DNA of 64,000 nt from Deltaproteobacteria bacterium (GCA_016186995.1 JACPKQ010000010.1:2970-66969); one strand, 5' to 3'; positions 13,066 to 22,714 are shown, numbered from the stretch's first letter. The notes: a model not told the origin generated them from the sequence alone. Numbers and translations are program-made.

Positions 13066-14097
13066 ATGAAAAAGTTTATGTTGTTTTTTGTTTTTTTATT
13101 AACAGTGGGGTGTTCAAAAACACAAAATCAGGAAATAAACCCAAACACTGTACTTGCCAAAGTTGAGGGTGAGGACATTAAATGGAAAGATGTAGAGAAT
13201 GAGCTCGGAACACAGCTTGCTTATATGGAACAGAAGTACCAAGAAAGTGTTTATAATACAAAAAAGCAGTATCTTGAAAGGCATATTGGAGATTTGATCC
13301 TTAAAAAAGAGGCGGACAAAGAAAAAATAACCCCTGAGGAGCTCTTAAATCGTGAAACTTCTCAAGGAACTACAATATCAGACAAAGAAGTAGAAGATTT
13401 TTATAAACAAAACGAAGCTTTTTTAAAATCTCGCTTTCCTGGTGATAAAAAGCCTGAGTTAATATCAAAAATTAAGGTTGGTTTAGGTAATCAACGTAAA
13501 GCACAAGCCCACCAAGACTATATTGAGCGTCTTAAAGAAAAATATAAGGTTGAATTTTTAATTCAAGCTCCACGCATTGAGGTAAGCGCTGATGATGATC
13601 CTTATCTTGGGAGTAAAAATGCAAAAGTTACCATTATAGAGTTTTCTGACTTTACATGTCCTTATTGTTCTCAAGCAGCCAAAACTGTAAGAACAGTTAT
13701 GAGCGATCCTAAATATCAAAATAACGTTAAATTGGTTTATAGAGACTCTCCAACAGATAGAAGACCAGCGTCTTTTCCAGCTGCCTTGGCTGCACAATGT
13801 GCTTTTGAGCAAAATAAGTTCTGGGAATACCACGACATAGTATTTGAAAACCAAGCTCGTCTCAGTGTTGATGTTCTTAAAGAGTTTGCCCAAAGTGTTG
13901 GGCTTGATATGAACCAATTCAATGCTTGTCTTGATACCAAAAAATACGATGCTGAGGTTAATAAAGACCTTAGAGATGGGTTTAAGGCTGGTATTTCTGG
14001 TACACCCACTTTCTTTATCAATGGAAAGATGGCTCAAATACCACCAGGTGATGCGGGTGCTCAAGTACTTAAAAAGTTGATCGATGAAGAGCTTTAA
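13066..14097 (+). CDS. DsbA-family thioredoxin-fold lipoprotein with N-terminal SurA-like domain
   Basis: Lipobox TVGC; EFSDFTCPYC active site; GISGTPTFFING; AAGGAG SD. Confidence 0.88.
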   Translation: MKKFMLFFVFLLTVGCSKTQNQEINPNTVLAKVEGEDIKWKDVENELGTQLAYMEQKYQESVYNTKKQYLERHIGDLILKKEADKEKITPEELLNRETSQGTTISDKEVEDFYKQNEAFLKSRFPGDKKPELISKIKVGLGNQRKAQAHQDYIERLKEKYKVEFLIQAPRIEVSADDDPYLGSKNAKVTIIEFSDFTCPYCSQAAKTVRTVMSDPKYQNNVKLVYRDSPTDRRPASFPAALAAQCAFEQNKFWEYHDIVFENQARLSVDVLKEFAQSVGLDMNQFNACLDTKKYDAEVNKDLRDGFKAGISGTPTFFINGKMAQIPPGDAGAQVLKKLIDEEL

Positions 14098-14754
14098 TTA
14101 ACAAATAGAATAGATAGCTCTTGGATATTTTTGATCAAAGGCGTGTTCTATTTCTTTGTTAAGATGGTAAATATTTTCAAAAGTGTTTTCTTGTTCAGCT
14201 TTGTTGAAAGATCTTCCTGTATATAAAAATATTTTTCCATTTTCTGATAAAAATGCTTTTAGAAAATCGATCATTTCTTTATTCGGTTTAATAGCTCTAA
14301 AAAGAATAATGTCCACTTTTTTACCCTTTAAAAAAAAATCTAAATCCGCCCTAGCTTTCCAATCTATATGAATATTCGTTGAATAGGCTTTTTTAAAACC
14401 CAACGTTCTCATGACTTGTTTTTGAAAAAATACTTTTTTTTCTTTTGCATCCACCGAAAAGAGCACCAAAGAAGGATTTGCGATTTTTAAAGGTATCCCT
14501 GGAAACCCAGCTCCAGAGCCAATATCCAAACATGTTCTTTTTCCTTGTATAAGTGAAAAACCAAGGAGCGAGTCTGCAAAGTGTTTTTGAATGATTTCTT
14601 CTTCTTCCTCTATACTTGAGAGATTAATCTTGACCACCCACTTTTTATAAATATGCAGGTATTGAAAAAACTGTTTCAATTGTTTTTCATCAAGAGAAAC
14701 GTTTATCTCTGAGCATAATTTTAAAAGTTTTTTAGAAAATTCTTCAAAGCTCAT
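14098..14754 (-). CDS. rsmG: 16S rRNA m7G527 methyltransferase RsmG (GidB)
   Basis: HFADSL and DIGSGAGFPGIPL motifs; follows mnmG. Confidence 0.93.
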   Translation of the reverse strand: MSFEEFSKKLLKLCSEINVSLDEKQLKQFFQYLHIYKKWVVKINLSSIEEEEEIIQKHFADSLLGFSLIQGKRTCLDIGSGAGFPGIPLKIANPSLVLFSVDAKEKKVFFQKQVMRTLGFKKAYSTNIHIDWKARADLDFFLKGKKVDIILFRAIKPNKEMIDFLKAFLSENGKIFLYTGRSFNKAEQENTFENIYHLNKEIEHAFDQKYPRAIYSIC

Positions 14755-14847
14755 TATAACTATTTATACACCACCACCCCCTCAGAACCAAGGTTATCAT
14801 TAAAAAGAATACTAATCCCTGTAGATTCGGTCCAGAATAACAAAACA

Positions 14848-15079
14848 ACACAAAGTCACCTAGTATGTTTTGAAGGCCGTCTCGGAAGCCTAAGCGGGCC
14901 CTAGGCTTTTATGAATCATTTTTTAGTTTCACAAAAATGATTCATAAAAAAGTTACTCCTGTAGTTAAGTTAGCCTTTCCTATACAGTAAAAAAGAGCGA
15001 AGGCTGAGAGGCGTGCGACATTTTTCTCGCAGGGAAAAATGATCGCTGTGCCTGAGAAATATACTAGGTGATTTTGTGT
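14848..15079. other. 232-bp structured palindromic element (MITE-like or ncRNA) with 23-bp terminal inverted repeats
   Basis: ACACAAAGTCACCTAGTATGTTT (14848-14870) pairs with AAATATACTAGGTGATTTTGTGT (15057-15079). Internal hairpins include a perfect 17-bp stem, 14907-14923/14933-14949. Confidence 0.6.
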
Positions 15080-15105
15080 AAACTGGCTATTTTTAAAATT
15101 AAAAA

Positions 15106-16989
15106 TTATTTTAACTTCCTTTGCTCAAAAGACCGTTTTTTTAAGTAGATCATAAGATTTGTCATGGCAGAGGGGGTTACACCTGAAATACGACTTGCTT
15201 GGCCCAGAGAGGCGGGTTTTACTTTTTCAAGTTTTTCAATGACCTCACGTGAAAAACCAGGGATATTCGAATAAATAAAATCTTTTGGAATTCTTAAAGA
15301 TTCTAATTTTTTAAACTGCTGAATTGATTCTTCTTGTTTTTCAATATATCCTTTAAACTTAATATCAATTTCAAGTTCTTTTCCGACTGAACCATCACAA
15401 ATATTAACATCAAACAAAGAAAGGTTCTCATAACCTATTTCAGGCCTTCTTAAAAGCTCTTCAAGACTTATCATTTTTTTTGGAGTAGCTGTTTTGATCT
15501 TTTCAAGTTTTAAAATGTTTTCATTTGAAGGAGAAATTTTTGTTTCTTTTATTTTCTTTCTAAGTTCATCCAAGCTTTCTTTTCTTTTTTCAAAAACATT
15601 CCAACGGTCATCTCGGATAAGCCCTATTTCCCGCGCCTTTTCTGTAAGTCTTAAATCAGCGTTTCCTTCCCTTAAAAGCAAGCGGTACTCAGCGCGAGAA
15701 GTCATCATCCTATAAGGATCTTCTACACCCTTAGTAATAAGATCATCAATAAGGACACCAATATAAGCTTGTGATCGATCTAAAATAAACGGCTCTTTTC
15801 CTTTACAATGTAAAGCTGCATTAATACCCGCCACAAGCCCCTGGGCCGCAGCTTCTTCATAACCACTTGTCCCATTAATTTGACCAGCCAAATAAAGACC
15901 CTCCACTTGTTTTGTTTCAAGCGTTGGTTTTAACTGAGTAGGCTTTGCGTAGTCATACTCAACAGCATATCCAGTTCTTGTCATTTCAACGTTTTCTAAC
16001 CCTGAAATCGATCTTAAAAGTTCTATTTGAACATCAACAGGAAGCGAGGTTGAAGCTCCATTAATATAAACCTCAGTTGTATTAAGTCCCATAGGCTCTA
16101 AAAAAATCTGGTGTCTTTCCCTATTTGAAAAACGAACAATTTTATCTTCTATAGAAGGGCAATACCGTGGGCCTGTAGATTTAATAATACCAGCATAAAG
16201 CGGGGACTTGTGAAGATTTTTTCTAATAATTTCATGTGTTTGGGTGTTTGTATAAGTAATAAAACAGGATACTTGGGGTTGTGGAAGGGTTTTTGTCAAA
16301 AAAGAAAATGGGGTTGGATTTTTGTCCCCGGGTTGTTCTAAACACTTTGAGTAGTCAATGGTAAGTCCATCAAGTCGTGGGGGGGTTCCTGTTTTAAACC
16401 GACCTAATTCTATTCCTAAAGAAGTCAAACATTGTGAAATACCACCACTTGTTCCTTCCCCAGCTCTTCCACCACTTTTACTTTTAGTTCCAACGTGTAA
16501 AAGGCCATTCATAAAAGTTCCTGTTGTAATGATGATACATCGTGAAAAAAAAGTTTCTCCAATATTTGTTTTAACTCCTTTCACTTGATCATTTTTAATC
16601 AAAAGCCCTTCAACAATTTGTTGTTTAAGAAAAAGGTTCTCTTGTTTTTCCAAAACAGATTTCATTCTGAGAGCATAAAGGTATTTATCAGACTGACATC
16701 GAGAAGATTGAACAGCAGCCCCTTTGCGTGTGTTAAGTTGTCGAAACTGAATACCTGTTGCGTCTGCATTAAGCCCCATCTCTCCACCCAACGCATCAAT
16801 TTCTTTAACAAGATGCCCCTTACCCAGACCCCCAATGGCTGGGTTACAACTCATGGCAGCAACAACCTCAATATTCATGGTAAGAACAAGCGTTTTTAAA
16901 CCTAATCGAGCCCCCGCAAGCGCAGCTTCACACCCTGCATGCCCCGCCCCAACAACAATAACATCATATTGATTGGAATAAATCGCCAT
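15106..16989 (-). CDS. mnmG: tRNA uridine-5-carboxymethylaminomethyl modification enzyme MnmG (GidA)
   Basis: VGAGHAGCEAA, SCNPAIGG, GPRYCPSIEDK and GQINGTSGYEEAAAQG motifs. Confidence 0.99.
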   Translation of the reverse strand: MAIYSNQYDVIVVGAGHAGCEAALAGARLGLKTLVLTMNIEVVAAMSCNPAIGGLGKGHLVKEIDALGGEMGLNADATGIQFRQLNTRKGAAVQSSRCQSDKYLYALRMKSVLEKQENLFLKQQIVEGLLIKNDQVKGVKTNIGETFFSRCIIITTGTFMNGLLHVGTKSKSGGRAGEGTSGGISQCLTSLGIELGRFKTGTPPRLDGLTIDYSKCLEQPGDKNPTPFSFLTKTLPQPQVSCFITYTNTQTHEIIRKNLHKSPLYAGIIKSTGPRYCPSIEDKIVRFSNRERHQIFLEPMGLNTTEVYINGASTSLPVDVQIELLRSISGLENVEMTRTGYAVEYDYAKPTQLKPTLETKQVEGLYLAGQINGTSGYEEAAAQGLVAGINAALHCKGKEPFILDRSQAYIGVLIDDLITKGVEDPYRMMTSRAEYRLLLREGNADLRLTEKAREIGLIRDDRWNVFEKRKESLDELRKKIKETKISPSNENILKLEKIKTATPKKMISLEELLRRPEIGYENLSLFDVNICDGSVGKELEIDIKFKGYIEKQEESIQQFKKLESLRIPKDFIYSNIPGFSREVIEKLEKVKPASLGQASRISGVTPSAMTNLMIYLKKRSFEQRKLK

Positions 16990-16990
16990 A

Positions 16991-18379
16991 TTACTTTCCT
17001 ATACAAAATTCTGAAAAAATTTTTTGAATGACCTCTTCAGAGGTTGTTTCTCCAGTTATTTCTCCTAAAAGATGGAGCGCCTCACTAACATCACAAGCTA
17101 AATATTCTAAAGAAATTTTATTTTGAATACCTTCTTTTAAAGATTGAATTTTTTCGTTTGTTTTTTCGAGAATTTCATAGTGTCTTTGGTGTGTGACTAT
17201 AAATTCCGCATCGTTTATTTCTTTTTCTAGATAATTTTCTTTTAAAAATCTCTTTAGTTCATCAATACCCTCGCCACTTTTAGCTGAAACATAAAAACTG
17301 TTTTGGAAAAATATTTGTGGGGTGTTTCTTTTTCCAAGATCAGCTTTATTCAAAAGAAGGACACAGTGTTCTTTCTTATCATGCAGCCATGTTAAAATTT
17401 CGTGATCTTCTTTTTGAAAATCTTCATGTGCATGAACAACAACAAAAATAATATCTGCAGAATTTATGGCTTTTTTTGTTCTTTCAATACCCTGCTTTTC
17501 AACTACATCTTCTGTTTTGTGAACACCTGCTGTATCAAGAATTTCTATTTCGCTTTGATCAAAAAATACGGTTTCATAGAGCACATCTCGTGTTGTCCCA
17601 GGAACTTCTGTCACAATAGCCCTTTCCTCATTTAAAAAGGCATTAAATAAACTTGATTTACCTACATTGGGCTTTCCTACAAAAACAACTTTTAAACCCT
17701 GCATTAATTTTTGGTTTTGTTTATACGATGTAGTAAGCCCTTCAACTTTTTTTTGAAGGTTTTCAGTTTTATTCAAAAGAAATCCATCTTGAGAAAACTC
17801 CTTAACATCTCCCTCTGTTTCAAAATCAAGGTGTGCTTCAATATGAGAAAGCGTTTGCACGAGCGCCTCTTTAAGTTCTTTAAGAATGCCAAAAAACTCT
17901 CCTTTGAGTTGTTTGTGAGCAAGCTTTCTTGTTAGAGAAGACTTTGAGTGAATAAGTCCTGAAACAGCCTCGGCTTGTGTTAAGTCCATTTTTCCATTTA
18001 AGAACGCCCTGCTTGAAAACTCTCCAGGCTTGGCAAGCCTTCCACCATTTTGAACGCAAAGATGAAGAATATCATTTAAAATATGTGGGTTCCCGTGGGC
18101 ATAAATCTCAATCATATCCTCACCTGTATAGGATTTCGGATTTTTAAAATAAGAAAGACATACTTCATCAACTCTTTCTTTTGTTTTTGGATTTTTAATT
18201 GTAGTTTTTATTATTTCATGAGACTTCAAGGGTTGTGATAACTTTGTTAGATTTTCAACAATAGCTAGCGCTTTGCTACCAGAAAGTCTTACAATGCCGA
18301 GAGCGCTCACCCCAATAGGTGTAGCTAGTGCACAAATAGTATCGTCAGTTTTATGAATTTGAGATAGGTGAAATAACAA
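16991..18379 (-). CDS. mnmE: tRNA modification GTPase MnmE (TrmE)
   Basis: DTICALAT, GKPNVGKS, PGTTRD, DTAG and C-terminal FCIGK; start uncertain. Confidence 0.97.
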   Translation of the reverse strand: MLFHLSQIHKTDDTICALATPIGVSALGIVRLSGSKALAIVENLTKLSQPLKSHEIIKTTIKNPKTKERVDEVCLSYFKNPKSYTGEDMIEIYAHGNPHILNDILHLCVQNGGRLAKPGEFSSRAFLNGKMDLTQAEAVSGLIHSKSSLTRKLAHKQLKGEFFGILKELKEALVQTLSHIEAHLDFETEGDVKEFSQDGFLLNKTENLQKKVEGLTTSYKQNQKLMQGLKVVFVGKPNVGKSSLFNAFLNEERAIVTEVPGTTRDVLYETVFFDQSEIEILDTAGVHKTEDVVEKQGIERTKKAINSADIIFVVVHAHEDFQKEDHEILTWLHDKKEHCVLLLNKADLGKRNTPQIFFQNSFYVSAKSGEGIDELKRFLKENYLEKEINDAEFIVTHQRHYEILEKTNEKIQSLKEGIQNKISLEYLACDVSEALHLLGEITGETTSEEVIQKIFSEFCIGK

Positions 18380-18815
18380 TTTTTTTATAACTCCCCTCTC
18401 CGATACTCTTTGTTGTTACTTGAGAATCTTCACTTAAAACTAAATGAACAATTCTTCTTTCAAAAGAGTTGAGGGGCCTCAATATAATAGTTCTATCTTC
18501 TTCTAAAGCTTTATCTCTCATCTCAAAAGCAAGTTTTTCTAAAAACTTTCTTCGTACTTCTGAGTTATCAATAGTAACACGAATCTTTTCATCTTCTTCA
18601 CAATCCTTATTAATCACGCGCCACAAAATATTTCTCAATGCTTCTGGTATAAGCGGGTTCTTGCCTAAAAGCTCTTCAGCGTCATCTCCGGTAGCTTGAA
18701 CAACCAAAGAGGTATCTTCGTTATTTTCATCGAGCTCAAAAGAAACACTATAGGCCATCCTTTTTTTAAGGCCTTCTAAAAAGTCAGCGGCTCTTTTTTT
18801 TACTTTTTCATTCAT
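18351..18815 (-). CDS. Jag/KhpB-like R3H-domain RNA-binding protein
   Basis: PLNSFERRIVH R3H motif and SIGEG; lies between yidC and mnmE. Confidence 0.85.
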   Translation of the reverse strand: MNEKVKKRAADFLEGLKKRMAYSVSFELDENNEDTSLVVQATGDDAEELLGKNPLIPEALRNILWRVINKDCEEDEKIRVTIDNSEVRRKFLEKLAFEMRDKALEEDRTIILRPLNSFERRIVHLVLSEDSQVTTKSIGEGSYKKIVISPISNS

Positions 18816-18830
18816 TTTTCAACCTTGAGG

Positions 18831-20447
18831 TTATGCTGTGTGGACTGGTAGCTTTTTGTTAATAAGATACTGCTGTAAAAACGTCAAGACAGTGTTGCAC
18901 AAGATATAGAGGGTTAATCCTGAAGGGAGCCAAAATAAAATAACCGAAAAAATAAGTGGGGTCATCATCATCATTTTTGCTTGGGCTGGATCCCCCATTG
19001 TTGGAGTCGACTTTTGTTGAATAAACATCACAATTCCTGTTAAAATCGGGGTAATAAAATAAGGATCTTTCATAGAAAGATCTTGAATCCAAAAAATAAA
19101 AGGCGCACCCCTTAACTCAATAGAACTTCCAAAAACCCTATAAAGAGCAATAAATACAGGCATTTGAAGAAGCATGGGTAAACACCCACCCATGGGGTTT
19201 ACTTTGTTTGATTTCATGAGTTGCATAATTTCTTTGTTTAATCTTTCTTTATCATCTTTATATTTTTCTCTTATTTTTTTCATTTGGGGCTGAATTCTTT
19301 GCATTTCTCGCATGGATTTAAAACTTGTGTGGGTTAAAGGATAAAGAACAAGCTTAACCAAAATGGTTAAAAGAATAATGGCTAAGCCGTAATTTTGAAA
19401 TAAGTTATAAAGTTTTTTGAGAACCCAAAGAAGTGGCATGGCAATAAAACGAAACCACCCATAATCGATTGAATTTGCTAATGTTGATGATACAGATCCT
19501 AAAAGATCCATTTCTTTTGGTCCTTTAAAAAGAGAAAACCCAAAGAGTGTTTTTTTTTCCTGAATGGGATATTTAAGATAAGATTTAATGATGCCGTTTT
19601 CTATACCAATCCATACTTTGGGGAGGCCAAATCGATATCGAGCTTCGCCATTTTCTTCATATTGATGAACAAGTGTTGAGATAAAATACTGCTCGTCTGT
19701 TCCAACCCATAGGACTTTTGCATTGAGCTTTTCTGTAAGATCTTTTCCTTCTTGAATGCTTTCAAGATTTTCTGTGTGCAATCCACTTTCAGAGTTTGCA
19801 AATAAAACTCTCTGTACGTTTCCTTGTGGGCTAAAAAAACTTCCTTTTTGCCCCTCTAAAAAGCGATCTGTTATATAAAAATTGAGTGTTCCACTGCCCA
19901 CATCTCTTTTGGCTTCAAATAAAATTTTAACTTTGATTTGATATGTTTTTGGATCAATTTCATATTTTTTTTCTACTTTTAAATCACCATCTTCATAAAC
20001 AAAAAGAAGTGTGTTTGCTTCTTGTTGTGTAAGTTTATAAGGAAAAAGTAACTTTGTTCCTTTTTCTGATGTAAAGGTAGAACCCAAAGTTATGGTCTCC
20101 GGGGTTATTCCTTCTTGCTTTATAAGTTCATAGGGTTTTTTGTTTGAATCTAAATATTTTTTAAGCTTCCAACTTATCACACCCCCACTTTCTTTATCAA
20201 GCAGGGCTTCATAAAAATTGTTTTCTATTGTGAGGGTGTTTTTGATTTCTTTTTTTACAAAAACTTTTTCAAAAAAACCAGGCTTTTCGCTTTTCTCTGC
20301 GAGATGTGACTGTGGGGCTTCGTTTTGTACAACGCTTTCTTGTTGTGTTGTATTTTGGTTCGGCACTTCAGTGGGTTGAAAAAGTCTATACCACAAAATA
20401 AAAATGAGAAAACAAAGCACAATTGCTAAAAGACCATTTTTTTCCAT
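18831..20447 (-). CDS. yidC: Membrane protein insertase YidC
   Basis: NYGLAIILLT, NPMGGCLP and WIQDLS..DPY motifs. Confidence 0.97.
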   Translation of the reverse strand: MEKNGLLAIVLCFLIFILWYRLFQPTEVPNQNTTQQESVVQNEAPQSHLAEKSEKPGFFEKVFVKKEIKNTLTIENNFYEALLDKESGGVISWKLKKYLDSNKKPYELIKQEGITPETITLGSTFTSEKGTKLLFPYKLTQQEANTLLFVYEDGDLKVEKKYEIDPKTYQIKVKILFEAKRDVGSGTLNFYITDRFLEGQKGSFFSPQGNVQRVLFANSESGLHTENLESIQEGKDLTEKLNAKVLWVGTDEQYFISTLVHQYEENGEARYRFGLPKVWIGIENGIIKSYLKYPIQEKKTLFGFSLFKGPKEMDLLGSVSSTLANSIDYGWFRFIAMPLLWVLKKLYNLFQNYGLAIILLTILVKLVLYPLTHTSFKSMREMQRIQPQMKKIREKYKDDKERLNKEIMQLMKSNKVNPMGGCLPMLLQMPVFIALYRVFGSSIELRGAPFIFWIQDLSMKDPYFITPILTGIVMFIQQKSTPTMGDPAQAKMMMMTPLIFSVILFWLPSGLTLYILCNTVLTFLQQYLINKKLPVHTA

Positions 20448-20665
20448 TATGATTTCCTTGGTACTAAATCTATACCACCTTTATGAAGCGGGTGGCACTT
20501 CAAAATCCTCTTTATACTTAAGCAAAAAGCTTTTATAAAATGAAACTCTTTAAAACACTGTTCAGAATACTCGGAACAAGAAGGGAAAAATCGACATTTT
20601 TTTCCAAAAAATGGAGAAACACAAAAACGATAAACTCGAATAATAAATAAAAAAAATAATTTCAT
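20447..20665 (-). CDS. yidD: Membrane protein insertion efficiency factor YidD
   Basis: CRFFPSCSEY and RILKCHP..GGIDLVP motifs. Confidence 0.95.
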   Translation of the reverse strand: MKLFFLFIIRVYRFCVSPFFGKKCRFFPSCSEYSEQCFKEFHFIKAFCLSIKRILKCHPLHKGGIDLVPRKS

Positions 20666-20967
20666 TATAAAGAGATTCCGCTTGCAAAATTTTCAAAATT
20701 CTTTTGACAATGTTTTAAATTAATATCTGTCGCATTTTTCTTGGCAACAATAACCATGTCAATTTCTTCAAAACGGTTTTGGTTATATCTGTAGGCCTCT
20801 TTAGTAACCCTTCGAATACGGTTTCTTATAACCGCCTTGCCTACTTTTCTACTTGTGATAATTCCTAAGCGTCCTTCACCCTTTTCCCAAAAGAAAATAA
20901 AGTTTTGAGTCAATTGTTTTTTTCCTGAAAAAAGCAATCGTTTAAAATCTCTTTTACGAGAAAGCAT
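20665..20967 (-). CDS. rnpA: Ribonuclease P protein component
   Basis: RLGIITSRKVGKAVIRNRIRR (RNR motif); start moved to MLSRK to avoid overlap with rpmH. Confidence 0.92.
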   Translation of the reverse strand: MLSRKRDFKRLLFSGKKQLTQNFIFFWEKGEGRLGIITSRKVGKAVIRNRIRRVTKEAYRYNQNRFEEIDMVIVAKKNATDINLKHCQKNFENFASGISL

Positions 20968-20986
20968 TTTACTTTGTCTGTAAAAT

Positions 20987-21136
20987 TTATTTCTTGCTGG
21001 TTGTGGGGACAATGCTTTTTCTACCTTTACGGCGTCTTCTCCTAAGAACATTCCTCCCCCCCGGTGAACTCATTCGAGATCTAAACCCATGAGTTCTCTT
21101 TCTTTTTATTCTACTTGGCTGATAAGTTCTTTTCAT
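20987..21136 (-). CDS. rpmH: 50S ribosomal protein L34
   Basis: Not in the ORF track. Manual translation [49 protein letters not shown]. Confidence 0.97.
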   Translation of the reverse strand: MKRTYQPSRIKRKRTHGFRSRMSSPGGRNVLRRRRRKGRKSIVPTTSKK

Positions 21137-21162
21137 TTTATAACCCTTTAATCTAAAAGCTT

Positions 21163-21191
21163 TTTCTATAAAGCAATAAAGCTATTGTCAA
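21163..21191 (-). promoter_or_regulatory. Putative sigma70 promoter of the rpmH operon
   Basis: TTGACA (21191-21186), 17-nt spacer, TAGAAA (21168-21163). Confidence 0.5.
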
Positions 21192-21265
21192 AAAAAATCT
21201 TGCCTGTTAGATTTTCGACCTTAAGGTCACAAATGTAATGTGTTGTGCCAAAATAAGGTAACCTT

Positions 21266-22714
21266 ATGACAGAATTATGGGAATCAACTCTTAAAGGCAT
21301 TCGAGAGCGCGTTAACGAGCAGAGCTTTAAAACGTGGTTAGCGCCTTTAAAACTCGTTTCCGTTAAAAATGACTTAGTCGAAATTCAAGTTCCTAATAAA
21401 TTTTTTGAAGATTGGATCAATGAAAATTACATCTCCATGATTAAAGAAGAGCTTTTCAAAAATGCCAGAAAACCCTATGAAATCCTCTTTAAAATTGCAG
21501 AACAGCAAGCACAACAAATGCTAAACCTTTCTCAAAATGCATCCACAAACCCACCTGTAAAAACCGGAATATCTCTTTCTAAGAGTTCTCCTATGATAAA
21601 CTCTCAAAATATTTCTCACAACAAACCACCACTTCAATCCACTCAGGATGTCAAAATTTTTGATTCAGCAACACCTGTGAGAGCTTCGGGTGGAGATTAC
21701 ATTAACCCTAAATATACATTCGATAGCTTTGTTGTTGGCTCAAGTAATCAATTTGCTCATGCTGCAGCCTTTGCGGTTGCTGAGCAACCAGCACGAAACT
21801 ATAATCCCCTCTTTGTTTTTGGGGGCGTGGGTCTTGGAAAAACACACCTTGTCAATGCTATCGGAAATCATGCTCTTAAAAAACAGCCCCACCTTAAAGT
21901 GTGTTTTGTTTCTTCAGAAAAGTTTGTTAATGAGCTTATCAACTGCTTGCGATATGAAAAAATGGATGTTTTCAGAAAAAAATATAGAGAGGGCTATGAT
22001 ATTCTCCTGATGGACGACATCCAGTTTATTGCTGGCAAAGACAGAACACAAGAAGAGTTTTTTCACACTTTTAACACTCTTCACAGCTCCAGAAGACAAA
22101 TCGTAGTCACCTCTGATAAATACCCCAAAGACATTCCATTTCTTGAAGAGCGCTTAAGGACACGCTTTGAGTGGGGTCTTATAGCAGATATTCAACCACC
22201 AGAAATGGAAACGCGACTTGCCATTCTTAAAAACAAAGCGGAGCTCGATGATATTTATTTACCTGATGAAGTGGGTATTTTTCTTGCTTCTAATATTAAA
22301 TCAAACGTCCGTGAACTTGAAGGTTCTCTTATTCGTGTTGGTGCTTTTGCATCACTCACAGGAATGGAAATTACAGTTGATCTTGCCAAAGAAATTCTAA
22401 AAAATATTATCAAGGATAAAGATAGAGAAGTCACAATCGAAAACATTCAAAAAGCCACATGTTCTTTTTTTGATATGAAGATTTTAGATCTTAAATCAAA
22501 GAAAAAAAATAAACTCTTAAGCACACCACGCCAAATTGCCATGTTTTTGTGTAGAAAGCATACAAAAGAATCCTTTCCAGAAATTGGCAAGCGTTTTGGT
22601 GGCAAAGACCACTCTACTGTTATTCATGCCGTTTCAAAAATTACAGAAGAACTTTCTAAAGATGTTGCCCTAAGAAATACGATTGCCTCCATTGAACGCT
22701 TGGTAGACGTCTAA
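21266..22714 (+). CDS. dnaA: Chromosomal replication initiator DnaA
   Basis: YNPLFVFGGVGLGKTHL, DDIQF and GGKDHSTVIHA motifs. Confidence 0.99.
   Translation: MTELWESTLKGIRERVNEQSFKTWLAPLKLVSVKNDLVEIQVPNKFFEDWINENYISMIKEELFKNARKPYEILFKIAEQQAQQMLNLSQNASTNPPVKTGISLSKSSPMINSQNISHNKPPLQSTQDVKIFDSATPVRASGGDYINPKYTFDSFVVGSSNQFAHAAAFAVAEQPARNYNPLFVFGGVGLGKTHLVNAIGNHALKKQPHLKVCFVSSEKFVNELINCLRYEKMDVFRKKYREGYDILLMDDIQFIAGKDRTQEEFFHTFNTLHSSRRQIVVTSDKYPKDIPFLEERLRTRFEWGLIADIQPPEMETRLAILKNKAELDDIYLPDEVGIFLASNIKSNVRELEGSLIRVGAFASLTGMEITVDLAKEILKNIIKDKDREVTIENIQKATCSFFDMKILDLKSKKKNKLLSTPRQIAMFLCRKHTKESFPEIGKRFGGKDHSTVIHAVSKITEELSKDVALRNTIASIERLVDV

Noticed and set aside
13558..14064. 168-aa antisense ORF, and the many other 60-120 aa ORFs overlapping core genes
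   Set aside because: Shadow frames of well-supported genes, with no motifs or RBS.
14760..14846. Short minus-strand reading frames and a REP-like remnant (AGATTCGGTCCAGAATAACA) beside the structured element
   Set aside because: Frames are about 30 aa or shorter with no convincing RBS, and the similarity to the REP family is too short to support.
14848..15079. 6S RNA, SRP RNA, RNase P RNA or tmRNA assignment for the structured element
   Set aside because: None of the hallmark motifs is visible, and a multibranch fold does not fit the 6S rod; left as unknown.
15241..15256. parS-like GACCTCACGTGAAAAA inside mnmG
   Set aside because: Five mismatches to the consensus and explained by coding sequence.
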